Shown here in pieces: positions 1 to 9,930 of a DNA stretch of 59,286 nt. The notes beneath the pieces were generated by a model. It did not search any database. It was not told the origin of the DNA and worked only from the letters and a program-made list of their open reading frames with translations. The translations under genes and the position numbers were made by a program. Numbering within the stretch: the first letter of the stretch is position 1; the number at the start of each line of letters is the position of its first letter. Source of the DNA: an uncultured Brachyspira sp. (GTDB taxonomy: Bacteria; Spirochaetota; Brachyspiria; Brachyspirales; Brachyspiraceae); assembly GCA_944392715.1 (NCBI GenBank), contig CALXXQ010000011.1, positions 1-59,286 of the forward strand, read 5' to 3'.

Positions 1-182
1 AAACATATACTACATAAAACTAATATAAATGTAAAATAAATTTACTTAAAACATTAAAATATAGTGATTTGTTATGTAATTATGATGAAAATTTGATTTT
101 ATAGGTAAAATATATTTATAAATATAGACTTTTTCTATATTTTTTATTTTTATTGTAAATTTTATTTTTGAATTATAATGAT

Positions 183-566
183 TTATTCTTCATTATTATC
201 AGAATTATTTATATTGTAGATAATATTAAGTTTATTTTGAAATGCTATCACTGAATATACATATCCGAATGGTACTAAAAATAGTATAGCTAATACGGCA
301 GCACTTTCTCCGTAACTGTCTAAATTAGCTTTTTTACTCATATCATTAAATACAATAGTTCCATATTTATAAAACCAATATATTAAAAATAATCCGCAGG
401 TAACTATTGATAAAATTGCAGCTAATGATGGGCTCATATATTCCTGTTGCATATAATTATTAATATCATTTGTAGTTATATAAACCCAATAAATAAGATA
501 TATACCGCATGTTACAAATGATAATATAGCTACAATTAATAATGATTTGCTTTGAAAATTATTCAT
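183..566 (-). CDS. DUF4234-like membrane protein
   Basis: Duplicated motif ILSFVTCGIYLIYW / ILSIVTCGLFLIYW; three hydrophobic segments. Confidence 0.7.
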   Translation of the reverse strand: MNNFQSKSLLIVAILSFVTCGIYLIYWVYITTNDINNYMQQEYMSPSLAAILSIVTCGLFLIYWFYKYGTIVFNDMSKKANLDSYGESAAVLAILFLVPFGYVYSVIAFQNKLNIIYNINNSDNNEE

Positions 567-662
567 AAAAAAATCGCTTAAAATAAGTTTTTTATTATTT
601 TATTATAAAAAAATATATAAGTCAATTATGATTTTTATAGATAATAAATAAATAAATTCCGC

Positions 663-691
663 TTGCAATGTTATATATATTATAGTATCAT
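663..691 (+). promoter_or_regulatory. Putative sigma70 promoter of the PBP1A gene
   Basis: TTGCAA-17 nt-TATCAT about 40 nt upstream of ATG 733. Confidence 0.4.
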
Positions 692-732
692 ATATTATAA
701 TAATAACTATGTTACTTGGTGTTTAATAATAA

Positions 733-3123
733 ATGTTTAAAAAGAAAAAAAATCAAGAAAATAATAATAACGGCTTAAAAAAGAAAAAATCTAAGTTAAA
801 GAAATTTATATTAACTATTTTTATAATATTGTTATTCATATCAGCAGGAGTTGGTATCGTAGGAATATACTTCGTGGGAGGGGTATATAAAGACTGGGTT
901 GCTAGAAGAACTCAAAGTATGTCTATGCTTGAAGAATATTATGATATAATAGTTATAAGGGGTAATGAAAAAAGAATAAGATATTTCAATCCTTTAAATC
1001 CATTTGGAGATTCTCCGCCTACAAAAATATATGATAGAAATAATATATTAATAGGAGAATATATGCCTCCTGCTTATGAGGTTGTTAATGTTGATGATAT
1101 TAATCCTCTTTTGGAGCAGACTTTGCTTTTAATGGAAGATCAGAAATTCTATTCTCATAAGGGCATCAATTATTTTAGAACAGCCTATCTTGGAATACAA
1201 ACTATTTTAACAAGAAAAATAGTAGGAGGAGGTTCTACTCTTACCCAGCAATTAGCAAAACTTCTATTTACTAAAAGCGAAAGAACTATAGAAAGAAAAC
1301 TTTTTGAAATGTTTGCAGCAAGAGAAATAGAAGAAAAATATACAAAGAAAGAAATTCTTGCTATGTATTTCAATACCGTTTATTTAGGAGACGGAAATTA
1401 CGGATTTGAGGCTGCTGCCAATCATTATTTTAATAAGCCTTTAAGACAATGCAGGTTATTAGAATATGCTATACTTGTAGGAATGCTTCCTAATCCTTCA
1501 TATTATTCTATAGTAAATAATCCTGACAATAGCAGAAGAAAAGTTGAGCAGATACTATCAAGATTGGTAAAGAATAATATAATAGATAGAAAAACCATGC
1601 AGGAAGAACTTGAATTATTTGATAAAGAATATACAAATATCAGTAAGCAAGTTAGAGGTGCTCAGTGGAAGATGACAGTTAATAGGGCGCCTTATGTGAA
1701 TGAATATGTTAGACAAGAATTATTAAATTATTTTAATAAAGATGAACTTGCATTATCAGGTTTAAAAATATATACAACAATAAATGAAAGATATTATAGA
1801 ATAGCAGATTCTGTTATGAAAGAGAATATAAGAAATTTGCAGATAAGTTCATCTAATAGAAGTTATCAAGGTGCAATGGTATCGATAGATCCTAAAACAG
1901 GCGGAATACTAGTTATGATAGGAGGAGACGGTTATACATTGCAAAATCAATTTAATAGGGCAGTTCAGGCAAAAAGACAAATAGGAAGTGTAATAAAACC
2001 TTTTATATATTTATATGCATTTGAAGGCGGAGCACAGCCTTTTTCTACTATGCTAGATACTAATTATACTTATCCTCAAGGTGCAGGAAAACCTGCATAT
2101 TCACCTAGAAATTTTGATAGAAGGTATAGAGGCGAAATGACTTTAGAAACGGCATTGTCAAAATCAATTAATACAATAGCTGTGAAATTATTAAATGATA
2201 TAGGACTTTCTTATTTTATAGAACATTCAAGGGAATTTTTTGGAGAAAATGCTTATATACCAAATGCTTTATCTATAGGTTTAGGAACCATGGAAATGAG
2301 TCCGCTCGATTTGGCTTCTGCATATAGTGCTTTGGCTAATGGCGGGATTAAATATGAACCTTATATAGTAGATAAAATAATTGATATAGATGGTAATGAG
2401 CTTAGTGTTACAGCTTTAGTAGATAGAACACCTCATAAAATAAGTGCAACATCTCCGTCATCTTATTATTTTTTAAATAGTACTTTGCAAAAAGTAATAG
2501 CTCCAGGCGGAACTGCATATAGAAGTGCCAATACTTATGGATTTAAATATCCTTCATATTCAGCCAAAACAGGAACTACAAGCGAACATAGAGATAATTG
2601 GTTTGCTGCATATAATGATGAAATAGTTACAATTACTTGGATAGGAAGCGATAGAAATGATTTGCTTCCTAATAATGTTACAGGAGGAGCAACAACTGCA
2701 TTAGCTACATTTCAATATCTTAATGCTATAACTCCTACACAAAAAAGAGAATTTAATTGGCCTGTTCCTAGTGATGTATTAATAGTAGAAATTTGTCAGG
2801 ATTCAGGACTTCCCAGAAATCATACTTGTGTAAATGTATCACCTCTTACAGTAGGAGGAAATGTTGATTTATCTACTCAATGTCCTATAGATCATATTAG
2901 AACAGGTACTGTAAGAAATAATGATACTAATAATGCTATGAAAGAAGAAGATGAGGAGATGTATTATACTCCTTTAGATGAAAATAGTAATAGCTATGAT
3001 AGTAATCAAAACAATAATATCCAAAATAATAACAATCAAAATAATAACCAAAATAATAATAATATATATTTACTTCCAGAAGATAATATAGAGGATCCTA
3101 GCCTTGGAAATATAAGAAGCTGA
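733..3123 (+). CDS. Class A bifunctional penicillin-binding protein (PBP1A family)
   Basis: N-terminal TM; transglycosylase motifs EDQKFYSHKG, GGSTLTQQL, RKLFE; transpeptidase motifs SVIK, SIN, KTG; N/Q-rich tail. Confidence 0.93.
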   Translation: MFKKKKNQENNNNGLKKKKSKLKKFILTIFIILLFISAGVGIVGIYFVGGVYKDWVARRTQSMSMLEEYYDIIVIRGNEKRIRYFNPLNPFGDSPPTKIYDRNNILIGEYMPPAYEVVNVDDINPLLEQTLLLMEDQKFYSHKGINYFRTAYLGIQTILTRKIVGGGSTLTQQLAKLLFTKSERTIERKLFEMFAAREIEEKYTKKEILAMYFNTVYLGDGNYGFEAAANHYFNKPLRQCRLLEYAILVGMLPNPSYYSIVNNPDNSRRKVEQILSRLVKNNIIDRKTMQEELELFDKEYTNISKQVRGAQWKMTVNRAPYVNEYVRQELLNYFNKDELALSGLKIYTTINERYYRIADSVMKENIRNLQISSSNRSYQGAMVSIDPKTGGILVMIGGDGYTLQNQFNRAVQAKRQIGSVIKPFIYLYAFEGGAQPFSTMLDTNYTYPQGAGKPAYSPRNFDRRYRGEMTLETALSKSINTIAVKLLNDIGLSYFIEHSREFFGENAYIPNALSIGLGTMEMSPLDLASAYSALANGGIKYEPYIVDKIIDIDGNELSVTALVDRTPHKISATSPSSYYFLNSTLQKVIAPGGTAYRSANTYGFKYPSYSAKTGTTSEHRDNWFAAYNDEIVTITWIGSDRNDLLPNNVTGGATTALATFQYLNAITPTQKREFNWPVPSDVLIVEICQDSGLPRNHTCVNVSPLTVGGNVDLSTQCPIDHIRTGTVRNNDTNNAMKEEDEEMYYTPLDENSNSYDSNQNNNIQNNNNQNNNQNNNNIYLLPEDNIEDPSLGNIRS

Positions 3124-3294
3124 ATTTTATAATCCATAAATAGAATTAATAGTTTATTATCATTTATATATAAAAATTATTATTATAATTCAAAAAAAAT
3201 ATTTTTTTTTATTTTATTTATGAAAAATTTTTGTTTTAATATAGAATATAACTGATAATTATGTTTTTATACGCTATGAATTTTGAGGAGCAAT

Positions 3295-5139
3295 ATGGTT
3301 AGTTTTTTTAAGAGCAAATCCACAGAAGCCAGAAGAGATTTAATTCTCCATGGACCTATTACAAATACATTAATAATGCTGTCAATTCCAACTCTTATAA
3401 TGAGTTTAGTTCAGTCCTTGATTCCTCTTATGGACGGACTTTTCCTTAATAATATTGCAGGAACAATTATAGCAAGCAGTGTGCATTTTGCAGAGCCTAT
3501 AATCAATATGATGACAGCATTGTCTCAAGGTTTAGGTGTAGCTGCTATGGCGATAGTAGGTCAGTATAATGGATTAGGAGATTTAAAAAATGCCAAAAAG
3601 ATATCTACACAAATAGTGGTTATAGGAGCATTATTTGGTATTGCTATGGGTCCTACTCTTTATGTTGTAAGCATATTGGTATCAATGAATCTGCTTCCTG
3701 ATATTAAAGAGAATGTATTTAGATATTTATCATTATATAGTTTTGTTATGCCTATGACATTTTTGGCTGCTTTATATAATGGTATAAAAAATGCCAATGG
3801 TAAGCCTGAAGCTACTCTTATAAGAAGTATAATATTATTACTTTTGAAAATATTATTTAATTTTATATATGTTTATCTGCTTCGTTTGGGAATTATAGGA
3901 AGTGTATTAGCTTCATTTTCAACTTATTCAATAGTTACAGTTTGGATGTATTATGATTTATTTTTAAAAAAAGGAGATGATAGGCTTTCTTTAAAAGATT
4001 TTAAATTTGATATTTCTGTACTTAAAGAACTTATGATAATAGGAATTCCTTCTATGCTTAATACATTTTTAACTAATTTGGGATTCTTTCTTATCAATAA
4101 AGAGGTTGAAAGATATGGAGCTGCAGTATTAAATGGACAGGGTATATCTAATAATATAGTTAATATATGTTTTAATTTTGCTGCTGCTTTTGGTTCTGCC
4201 GTTACTACAATGGTTAGTATGAATATAGGTGCTAAGTATAATGATAAAGCCAGAAAGTCTTGTTATACAGGAATGATAATGTCGGTTATTACGGCAATTG
4301 TGCTTATTACTATTGTTATACCGCTTACACCTTATCTTACAGGACTTTTTACTAAAGAGGTTGAAGATTTATATGTTGCTAATAAGTCTCTTCCTATATA
4401 TGCTTTTGGGGTATTGGGATTTGGTGTTGCTATGGTTGCTCAGGGTGCTATGATAGGTCTTGGTAGGACTAGAATACCTCTTATAATAAGCATACTTAGA
4501 ATATGGCTATTGAGATTTATATTCATTATTTTAACTACTAAATATTTATCTTATTGGTCAGTATTTTGGGGTAATTTATTTTCAAATACTATGGCTGGAA
4601 TTATAGCATTGATTATTATATTGAGAGTTCCTTGGGTATCTGTTATTAATTTAAAAACTCAAAATAGTGCTATGCTTAGGGCTAGACTTTTTATAGATTC
4701 TTTGGGGGCTAAATTATTTCCTAAGAATGTTGGTATGAGAAAAGATTATATTATTAAAATGAGAGAGAAATTAAGTAAGATTAAAGACCCTGTGAAATTG
4801 GTGTTATTCCAAGAGAGAGAAATGGAAAAGATAGAAAAACTTCAGGAGAGAGAAGAAAGGGCTAAAAAACGCGAAGAGATGAATAAATTGAAGAGAGCTG
4901 AATGGAGAATGCAGTTGGAAGAGATGAAAGAAATTAGACAAAAAATGAATGAAGAACGCAGAAAATATAATGAAGATAGAAAAAAAGAAAAAGAAGATAA
5001 AAAATTAAAGATGAAGCAGGAAGTACAGGCTAGAAGAGAGGCAAGGCATAAATTAAGAGAGGAAAGAAAACTTGAAAAAAATAAGATAAAAGAAGAAATA
5101 ATGAATTTAAGAAATAAAAATAATAAAAATGATAAATAA
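3295..5139 (+). CDS. MATE family efflux transporter with long charged C-terminal tail
   Basis: About 12 TM segments, MATE-like repeats (GQYNG, SMNIGA, GLGRT); ATG 3295 follows GAGGAG RBS (ORF track starts at TTG 3283). Confidence 0.88.
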   Translation: MVSFFKSKSTEARRDLILHGPITNTLIMLSIPTLIMSLVQSLIPLMDGLFLNNIAGTIIASSVHFAEPIINMMTALSQGLGVAAMAIVGQYNGLGDLKNAKKISTQIVVIGALFGIAMGPTLYVVSILVSMNLLPDIKENVFRYLSLYSFVMPMTFLAALYNGIKNANGKPEATLIRSIILLLLKILFNFIYVYLLRLGIIGSVLASFSTYSIVTVWMYYDLFLKKGDDRLSLKDFKFDISVLKELMIIGIPSMLNTFLTNLGFFLINKEVERYGAAVLNGQGISNNIVNICFNFAAAFGSAVTTMVSMNIGAKYNDKARKSCYTGMIMSVITAIVLITIVIPLTPYLTGLFTKEVEDLYVANKSLPIYAFGVLGFGVAMVAQGAMIGLGRTRIPLIISILRIWLLRFIFIILTTKYLSYWSVFWGNLFSNTMAGIIALIIILRVPWVSVINLKTQNSAMLRARLFIDSLGAKLFPKNVGMRKDYIIKMREKLSKIKDPVKLVLFQEREMEKIEKLQEREERAKKREEMNKLKRAEWRMQLEEMKEIRQKMNEERRKYNEDRKKEKEDKKLKMKQEVQARREARHKLREERKLEKNKIKEEIMNLRNKNNKNDK

Positions 5140-5153
5140 TGGAATAAATATTT

Positions 5154-5864
5154 ATGAATAATACAACTTTAGTGATATTAATAGCTGGAAGTTCAAAGAG
5201 ATTCGGCGGAAAAGTAAAAAAGCAGTTCATAAAAGTTGATAATAAGCCTATATTTATACATACTTTAATAAATTTACTTAAGTTTAATTTTAATAATATT
5301 GTTTTGGTAAGTGCTGAAGAAGAGATAAAAAATATAAAAAAATATATAGAAAAAGAACCTTTAATAAAAGATAAATCAAAAAAAAATATGCATTATATAA
5401 ACGGAGGAAATGAAAGGGTATATTCTGTATATAATGCTATGAATTTTTTAAATGAACATAGAGAAGATATTAAAACAGATTATATATTTATTCATGATGG
5501 TGTTAGACCTTTAGTAACTAAAAATGAAATTAAATCTCTTTATGAATCAGTTTTAAAATATGATGCTGCTATATTAGCTTCTAAAGTTGTTGATACTATT
5601 AAAAAGACTGATGAAAATAATGATATAATAGAGACAATTGATAGAACTTATCTTTATAGAGCTGCTACTCCTCAAGGTTTTAAATTTGATAATTATATGC
5701 AGGCTATAAAAAAATATATTGATGATAAAGATTCTTCTTTGGTTACTGATGATGCTGAAATATATAGTAAATATTTTGGAAAAGTAAAAATATTGGAATG
5801 TTCATCTAATAATATAAAGATTACCAATAAAGAAGATTTAGATATTTTTATTAAATTAAAATAA
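5154..5864 (+). CDS. ispD: 2-C-methyl-D-erythritol 4-phosphate cytidylyltransferase
   Basis: AGSSKRF, KQF, GGNER, IHDGVRP, TPQGF, TDD, NIKIT motifs. Confidence 0.9.
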   Translation: MNNTTLVILIAGSSKRFGGKVKKQFIKVDNKPIFIHTLINLLKFNFNNIVLVSAEEEIKNIKKYIEKEPLIKDKSKKNMHYINGGNERVYSVYNAMNFLNEHREDIKTDYIFIHDGVRPLVTKNEIKSLYESVLKYDAAILASKVVDTIKKTDENNDIIETIDRTYLYRAATPQGFKFDNYMQAIKKYIDDKDSSLVTDDAEIYSKYFGKVKILECSSNNIKITNKEDLDIFIKLK

Positions 5865-5939
5865 AATTATATTAATTATTTGCTTTTTTTTTTATTAAAT
5901 GGTAAAATTTCTTCATTAAGTTATTAGGGGCAATACATT

Positions 5940-6488
5940 TTGAAGTGCAGTATTTGTGGTAAAGAAAAAGCGGTATTACATATTCAGGAAATTATAGGTA
6001 ATGAGCGCAGACAAATAAATATATGCAAAGATTGTGAAATCAGCAATAATATTATAGAAAGATGCTTAGAATTAGAGTTCAATAATATTGATACTATCTT
6101 TCCTAATTATAAGTCATTACCTTCAAAAAGAAAAAAGAAGAAGCATTCTGATTCTAGTAAAATATGTAAAGATTGCGGATATTCTTTAGATGATTATTTG
6201 AAAACAGGAATTTTGTCTTGTCCTAAATGTTATGAGCATTTTAAATCCGAACTTAATAAATCTATTAAAAAAATCCATAGAGAAAATAAACATATAGGAA
6301 AAATATCTAGTAAAAATTTAACTAATAAAGATATAGAAACAAAAATAAATAAATATAAAGAAGAAATAGAACTGTTAATAAAAATTGAGAAATACGAAGA
6401 AGCTGCTTTAATAAGAGATAAATTGGAATATTTGAAAAAAGATTTAATATCTAAAAAAACTAAGAGCGAAAAAAAAGATGTCCGTTAA
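5940..6488 (+). CDS. mcsA: McsA-like protein (four CxxC motifs plus UVR domain)
   Basis: CSIC, CKDC, CKDC, CPKC; C-terminal EKYEEAALIRD; TTG start; overlaps mcsB. Confidence 0.85.
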   Translation: MKCSICGKEKAVLHIQEIIGNERRQINICKDCEISNNIIERCLELEFNNIDTIFPNYKSLPSKRKKKKHSDSSKICKDCGYSLDDYLKTGILSCPKCYEHFKSELNKSIKKIHRENKHIGKISSKNLTNKDIETKINKYKEEIELLIKIEKYEEAALIRDKLEYLKKDLISKKTKSEKKDVR

Positions 6489-7485
6489 TAATATAGCAAA
6501 TTGGATATACCAAAAAGGCGAAGATGATAATATAGTTTTATATTCTAAAATATCTATTTATAGAAATTTGGATAATATGAAATTTTTTCATCATATGGAC
6601 AAAACTGATTTTAATAAAGTTGAATCTCTTTTAAAAACGAATATAGAAGAATTAAATCTTGATTTATCATATATGAAATTAATTGACATGCCTCCTATAA
6701 GTATTAGAATGCTTATAGAAAATCTTACATTACCTAGCAATAAAAATATAGTTAATGCATCATTATTTACAAATATTGATGAGTCATTATCTATATTAAT
6801 AAATTCAAATGAGCATTTGGAAATACAAGCTATAGCAAGAGGTTTGGAATTAGAAAGCTGTTTTAATAAAGCATATAATGCCGAAAGTCTTTTGGACCAA
6901 AAAATTGACTTTGCTTATGATAAAAAGTTTGGATTTTTAACAAGTTCGCCTTCTATAATAGGTACAGCTATGAGAGCTGAAGTTTGTATAGCAGTACCAT
7001 GTTTGGTTTGGAAGACTCCTGATAATATTGATTATATTATTAATGAATGTGCTAAAAAGGGATTAGATGTTAATATAAGAAATGGACTTCTTACATTAAG
7101 CAATGGTATTATGATAGGGGTTACTGAAAAATTTATACTTGATAGTATTATAGAAAAAGTCAAAGAAATATCTGAAAAAGAAAAAAAGATCAGAAATAGA
7201 ATAAGAAAATTAGATAGGGTAAAAGCTGAGGATAGAATATTTAGAAGTAATGCTATATTATTAGCGGCAAGAACTTTAAAATATAGAGAACTTATTAATT
7301 ATAGTTTATGGCTTAGACTTGGTATTTATTATGATATGATTGATGATATAAGTTTAGATACTATATATTATATGACTTCTGTAGGAAAATCCAGCCATTT
7401 AAAACAGCTTTATGAAAACAGTAATTATTATAGAAATGTAGATGAAATAAGAGCTAATGTTATAAGAGATATATTAAAAAAATAG
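6478..7485 (+). CDS. mcsB: McsB-like ATP:guanido phosphotransferase family protein, active site degenerate
   Basis: DFAYDKKFGFLTSSPSIIGTAMR, EDRIFRS, LRLG and RANVIR motifs; position after mcsA. Confidence 0.8.
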   Translation: MSVNNIANWIYQKGEDDNIVLYSKISIYRNLDNMKFFHHMDKTDFNKVESLLKTNIEELNLDLSYMKLIDMPPISIRMLIENLTLPSNKNIVNASLFTNIDESLSILINSNEHLEIQAIARGLELESCFNKAYNAESLLDQKIDFAYDKKFGFLTSSPSIIGTAMRAEVCIAVPCLVWKTPDNIDYIINECAKKGLDVNIRNGLLTLSNGIMIGVTEKFILDSIIEKVKEISEKEKKIRNRIRKLDRVKAEDRIFRSNAILLAARTLKYRELINYSLWLRLGIYYDMIDDISLDTIYYMTSVGKSSHLKQLYENSNYYRNVDEIRANVIRDILKK

Positions 7486-7488
7486 TTT

Positions 7489-7986
7489 TTATTTATTTAA
7501 TAAGTCTATTTCTGTATTATAATTAAATTCAAAACTCTTTCTATATACTGATACGGTTAAAACTATATCAGCATTATATTTCAAACTTTTTGATTGTATT
7601 GATTCAATTGCTGTTTCAAATAAATCTGAATATTTGGCATTAAACTGCATATTAACATCTTTATAAGAATTAGATGGTATTTTAATAATTTCATTGGTTT
7701 CATATGTACTAGTATTTGCAAATACTTTGCCTGAATTATTAATTAAATTTATTTGTATTTTTTCTATAGGAACTTCAAAAGGCAGATTATTCTTTATTTC
7801 TACCAATATATTTAAAGTTATATCCTTTAAACTAATATTATCTATATATGCACTTTTAATTTTTATATCAGGCTTATACTTTTCTATATATTCTCTTGTA
7901 ATTCCCTCTTCAGGCAGTTTCATTCTATTACAAGAGATTATAGATAGAAAAGAAATTAATATACATAATAATAATTTTTTTGACAT
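7489..7986 (-). CDS. LEA_2/WHy-domain lipoprotein (paralog 3)
   Basis: Lipobox-like SIISC; EIKNNLPFEVPI matches the WHy N-P-N-like region; similar to the upstream paralog. Confidence 0.7.
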   Translation of the reverse strand: MSKKLLLCILISFLSIISCNRMKLPEEGITREYIEKYKPDIKIKSAYIDNISLKDITLNILVEIKNNLPFEVPIEKIQINLINNSGKVFANTSTYETNEIIKIPSNSYKDVNMQFNAKYSDLFETAIESIQSKSLKYNADIVLTVSVYRKSFEFNYNTEIDLLNK

Positions 7987-8013
7987 CAATATTATCCATA
8001 TATATATATTTTT

Positions 8014-8505
8014 TTATTCTGTAAATGTTAATTCTTTAGTATAAGGGAATTCAAATTTCATTCCATATACTGTGAATGTTAAAGTTACTTTTGCACTGCA
8101 TTTGAAACTTTTTGTTTTTATAGCATCAAATGCTGTTGTAAATACATCTAAATATTTAGCTTTGAAATTTAGATTAACATCTTTTGCCTGATTAGCAGGT
8201 ATTTTTAATGTTTCTGATGATGTTGCTGTTGCAAAAGTTTTTCCAGAAGTATTAACAAGGTCTATTTGAAGTTTTTCTATAGGTATTTCAAAATCTAAAT
8301 TATTTTTTATTTCCATAAGTGTAGTTAAAGTAATATCTTGCAATGTTACACTTGATATAGATGCTTTTTTAAATTTTATATCAGGTTTATGCTGTTCTAT
8401 ATAGCTTCTTGTTATTTCTCTTGCTGATGACTGCAATGTTTCGCATGAGATTATTGTTATCATTAGCATTGTTATTGATATTAAAGCGATAATTTTTTTT
8501 CTCAT
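8014..8505 (-). CDS. LEA_2/WHy-domain lipoprotein (paralog 2)
   Basis: Start MRKKII; lipobox-like TIISC; EIKNNLDFEIPI and KIPANQAKDV. Confidence 0.72.
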   Translation of the reverse strand: MRKKIIALISITMLMITIISCETLQSSAREITRSYIEQHKPDIKFKKASISSVTLQDITLTTLMEIKNNLDFEIPIEKLQIDLVNTSGKTFATATSSETLKIPANQAKDVNLNFKAKYLDVFTTAFDAIKTKSFKCSAKVTLTFTVYGMKFEFPYTKELTFTE

Positions 8506-8546
8506 AATTATTAACCTTTTATTTATTTTATTATAATAAATCATAA

Positions 8547-8993
8547 TTACTTATTGTCAATATCTAAATTGTTTGTATGCTTATTATGCAAAAAATTAAT
8601 AATATCAAGTATATTTATATTTTTAGTTTTATTTTTTAAGTCTATATTTAATATAGAAAATATTTTTAATTTTCCGCTTATAATATTAATTGTAAATATA
8701 GATTCTTTAAGATTAATGAAATTACTTATAAAATTTGAAGTTTCTTTATTATATAAAATTGTATCAAATATTATATCATTACTGTCTTTTGATTTTATTA
8801 TTATATTATCATCACATTTAATATATGCAAATTTTTCTTTTGCACTATTTATAAGATTAATTTTTAAATCTGTCAAAAATATTTTCATTGGATAATTATT
8901 TTTTATATTTACAATAATTTTAATATTTGTAGCATCCCAATCGAATTTTTGCAAACTTATATTTTTTAAATATGCATCTATATTTAATTTCAT
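8547..8993 (-). CDS. LEA_2/WHy-like protein without signal peptide (paralog 1)
   Basis: NIKNNYPMKIFL..KINLINS resembles the two neighbours. Confidence 0.5.
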   Translation of the reverse strand: MKLNIDAYLKNISLQKFDWDATNIKIIVNIKNNYPMKIFLTDLKINLINSAKEKFAYIKCDDNIIIKSKDSNDIIFDTILYNKETSNFISNFINLKESIFTINIISGKLKIFSILNIDLKNKTKNINILDIINFLHNKHTNNLDIDNK

Positions 8994-9008
8994 CAATACC
9001 CAATATAT

Positions 9009-9043
9009 AAAAAAAGTTACAATCTAATTATAAATTGTAACTT
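9009..9043 (-). terminator. Intrinsic terminator of rplS-nfnA
   Basis: Stem aagttacaat/attgtaactt followed by a T-run on the minus strand. Confidence 0.55.
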
Positions 9044-9073
9044 AATAATAAAAATTATTCAAATTTAAAATAA

Positions 9074-9901
9074 TTAATTAGCTAATCTTAAATTACATTC
9101 ATGCTCTTCTTTTTTATACATAGCTTGTCTTTTCATAAGAAGATCAAAATCAATTAAATGTCCGTCAAACTCAGGACCTTCAACGCAAGCGAATTTAGTT
9201 TCTTCACCAACTTTCACTCTGCAGCATCCGCACATACCAGTACCATCTATCATAATAGGGTTTAAGCTTACAGTAGTAGGAATATTATATTTTTTAGTAA
9301 GAATAGAAACAAATTTCATCATAATAGCAGGACCTATTGCTATAACCTCAGAAATTTTTTCACCTCTTTCATATATTCTAGTAACCATATCTGTAACAAG
9401 CCCTTTTTCACCATAGCTTCCATTATCAGTACATACAAGCACCTCATCAGATATTTTTTTCATCATATCTTCCATAATGATAAGAGATTTGTCTCTAGCA
9501 CCTAATATAGATATAACTTTATTACCAGCATTATGATGTGCCTGCATAATAGGATGTAAAGGAGCAATACCAACTCCTCCGCCTACACCTAATACAATAC
9601 CATCTTTCTTTTCTATATGAGTAGGCTGTCCTAATGGTCCTATTATATCCATTATTTCATCGCCGACTTTAAGCTCCATAAGTTTTGCAGTAGAGTAGCC
9701 TACACTTTGAGTTACTATCATAATAGTACCATCTTTTTCATTAGCATCGGCTATAGTAAGAGGAACTCTCTCTCCTATTTCATCTAATCTAAATATAATA
9801 AAATTTCCAGCTTTACGATGCTTAGCTATATCAGGAGCTACTACCTGCATCATAAAAACTTTTTCTGACCATTGCTCTCTGGCAACTATTTTATAGCCCA
9901 T
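9074..9901 (-). CDS. NfnA/SudB-like FAD/NAD-binding 2Fe-2S oxidoreductase subunit
   Basis: GERVPLT, GPLG, GGGVG, AIGP, MIDGTGMCGCCRV and FACVEGPEFD motifs. Confidence 0.88.
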   Translation of the reverse strand: MGYKIVAREQWSEKVFMMQVVAPDIAKHRKAGNFIIFRLDEIGERVPLTIADANEKDGTIMIVTQSVGYSTAKLMELKVGDEIMDIIGPLGQPTHIEKKDGIVLGVGGGVGIAPLHPIMQAHHNAGNKVISILGARDKSLIIMEDMMKKISDEVLVCTDNGSYGEKGLVTDMVTRIYERGEKISEVIAIGPAIMMKFVSILTKKYNIPTTVSLNPIMIDGTGMCGCCRVKVGEETKFACVEGPEFDGHLIDFDLLMKRQAMYKKEEHECNLRLAN

Positions 9902-9930
9902 AAAAATTCTCCTCAAAAGTAAAAAAAATA

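Noticed and set aside
7694-8895. Plus-strand ORFs 7694-8044 and 8554-8895
   Set aside because: Shadow frames opposite the WHy-like genes; Ile/Phe/Ser-rich composition typical of antisense AT-rich DNA.
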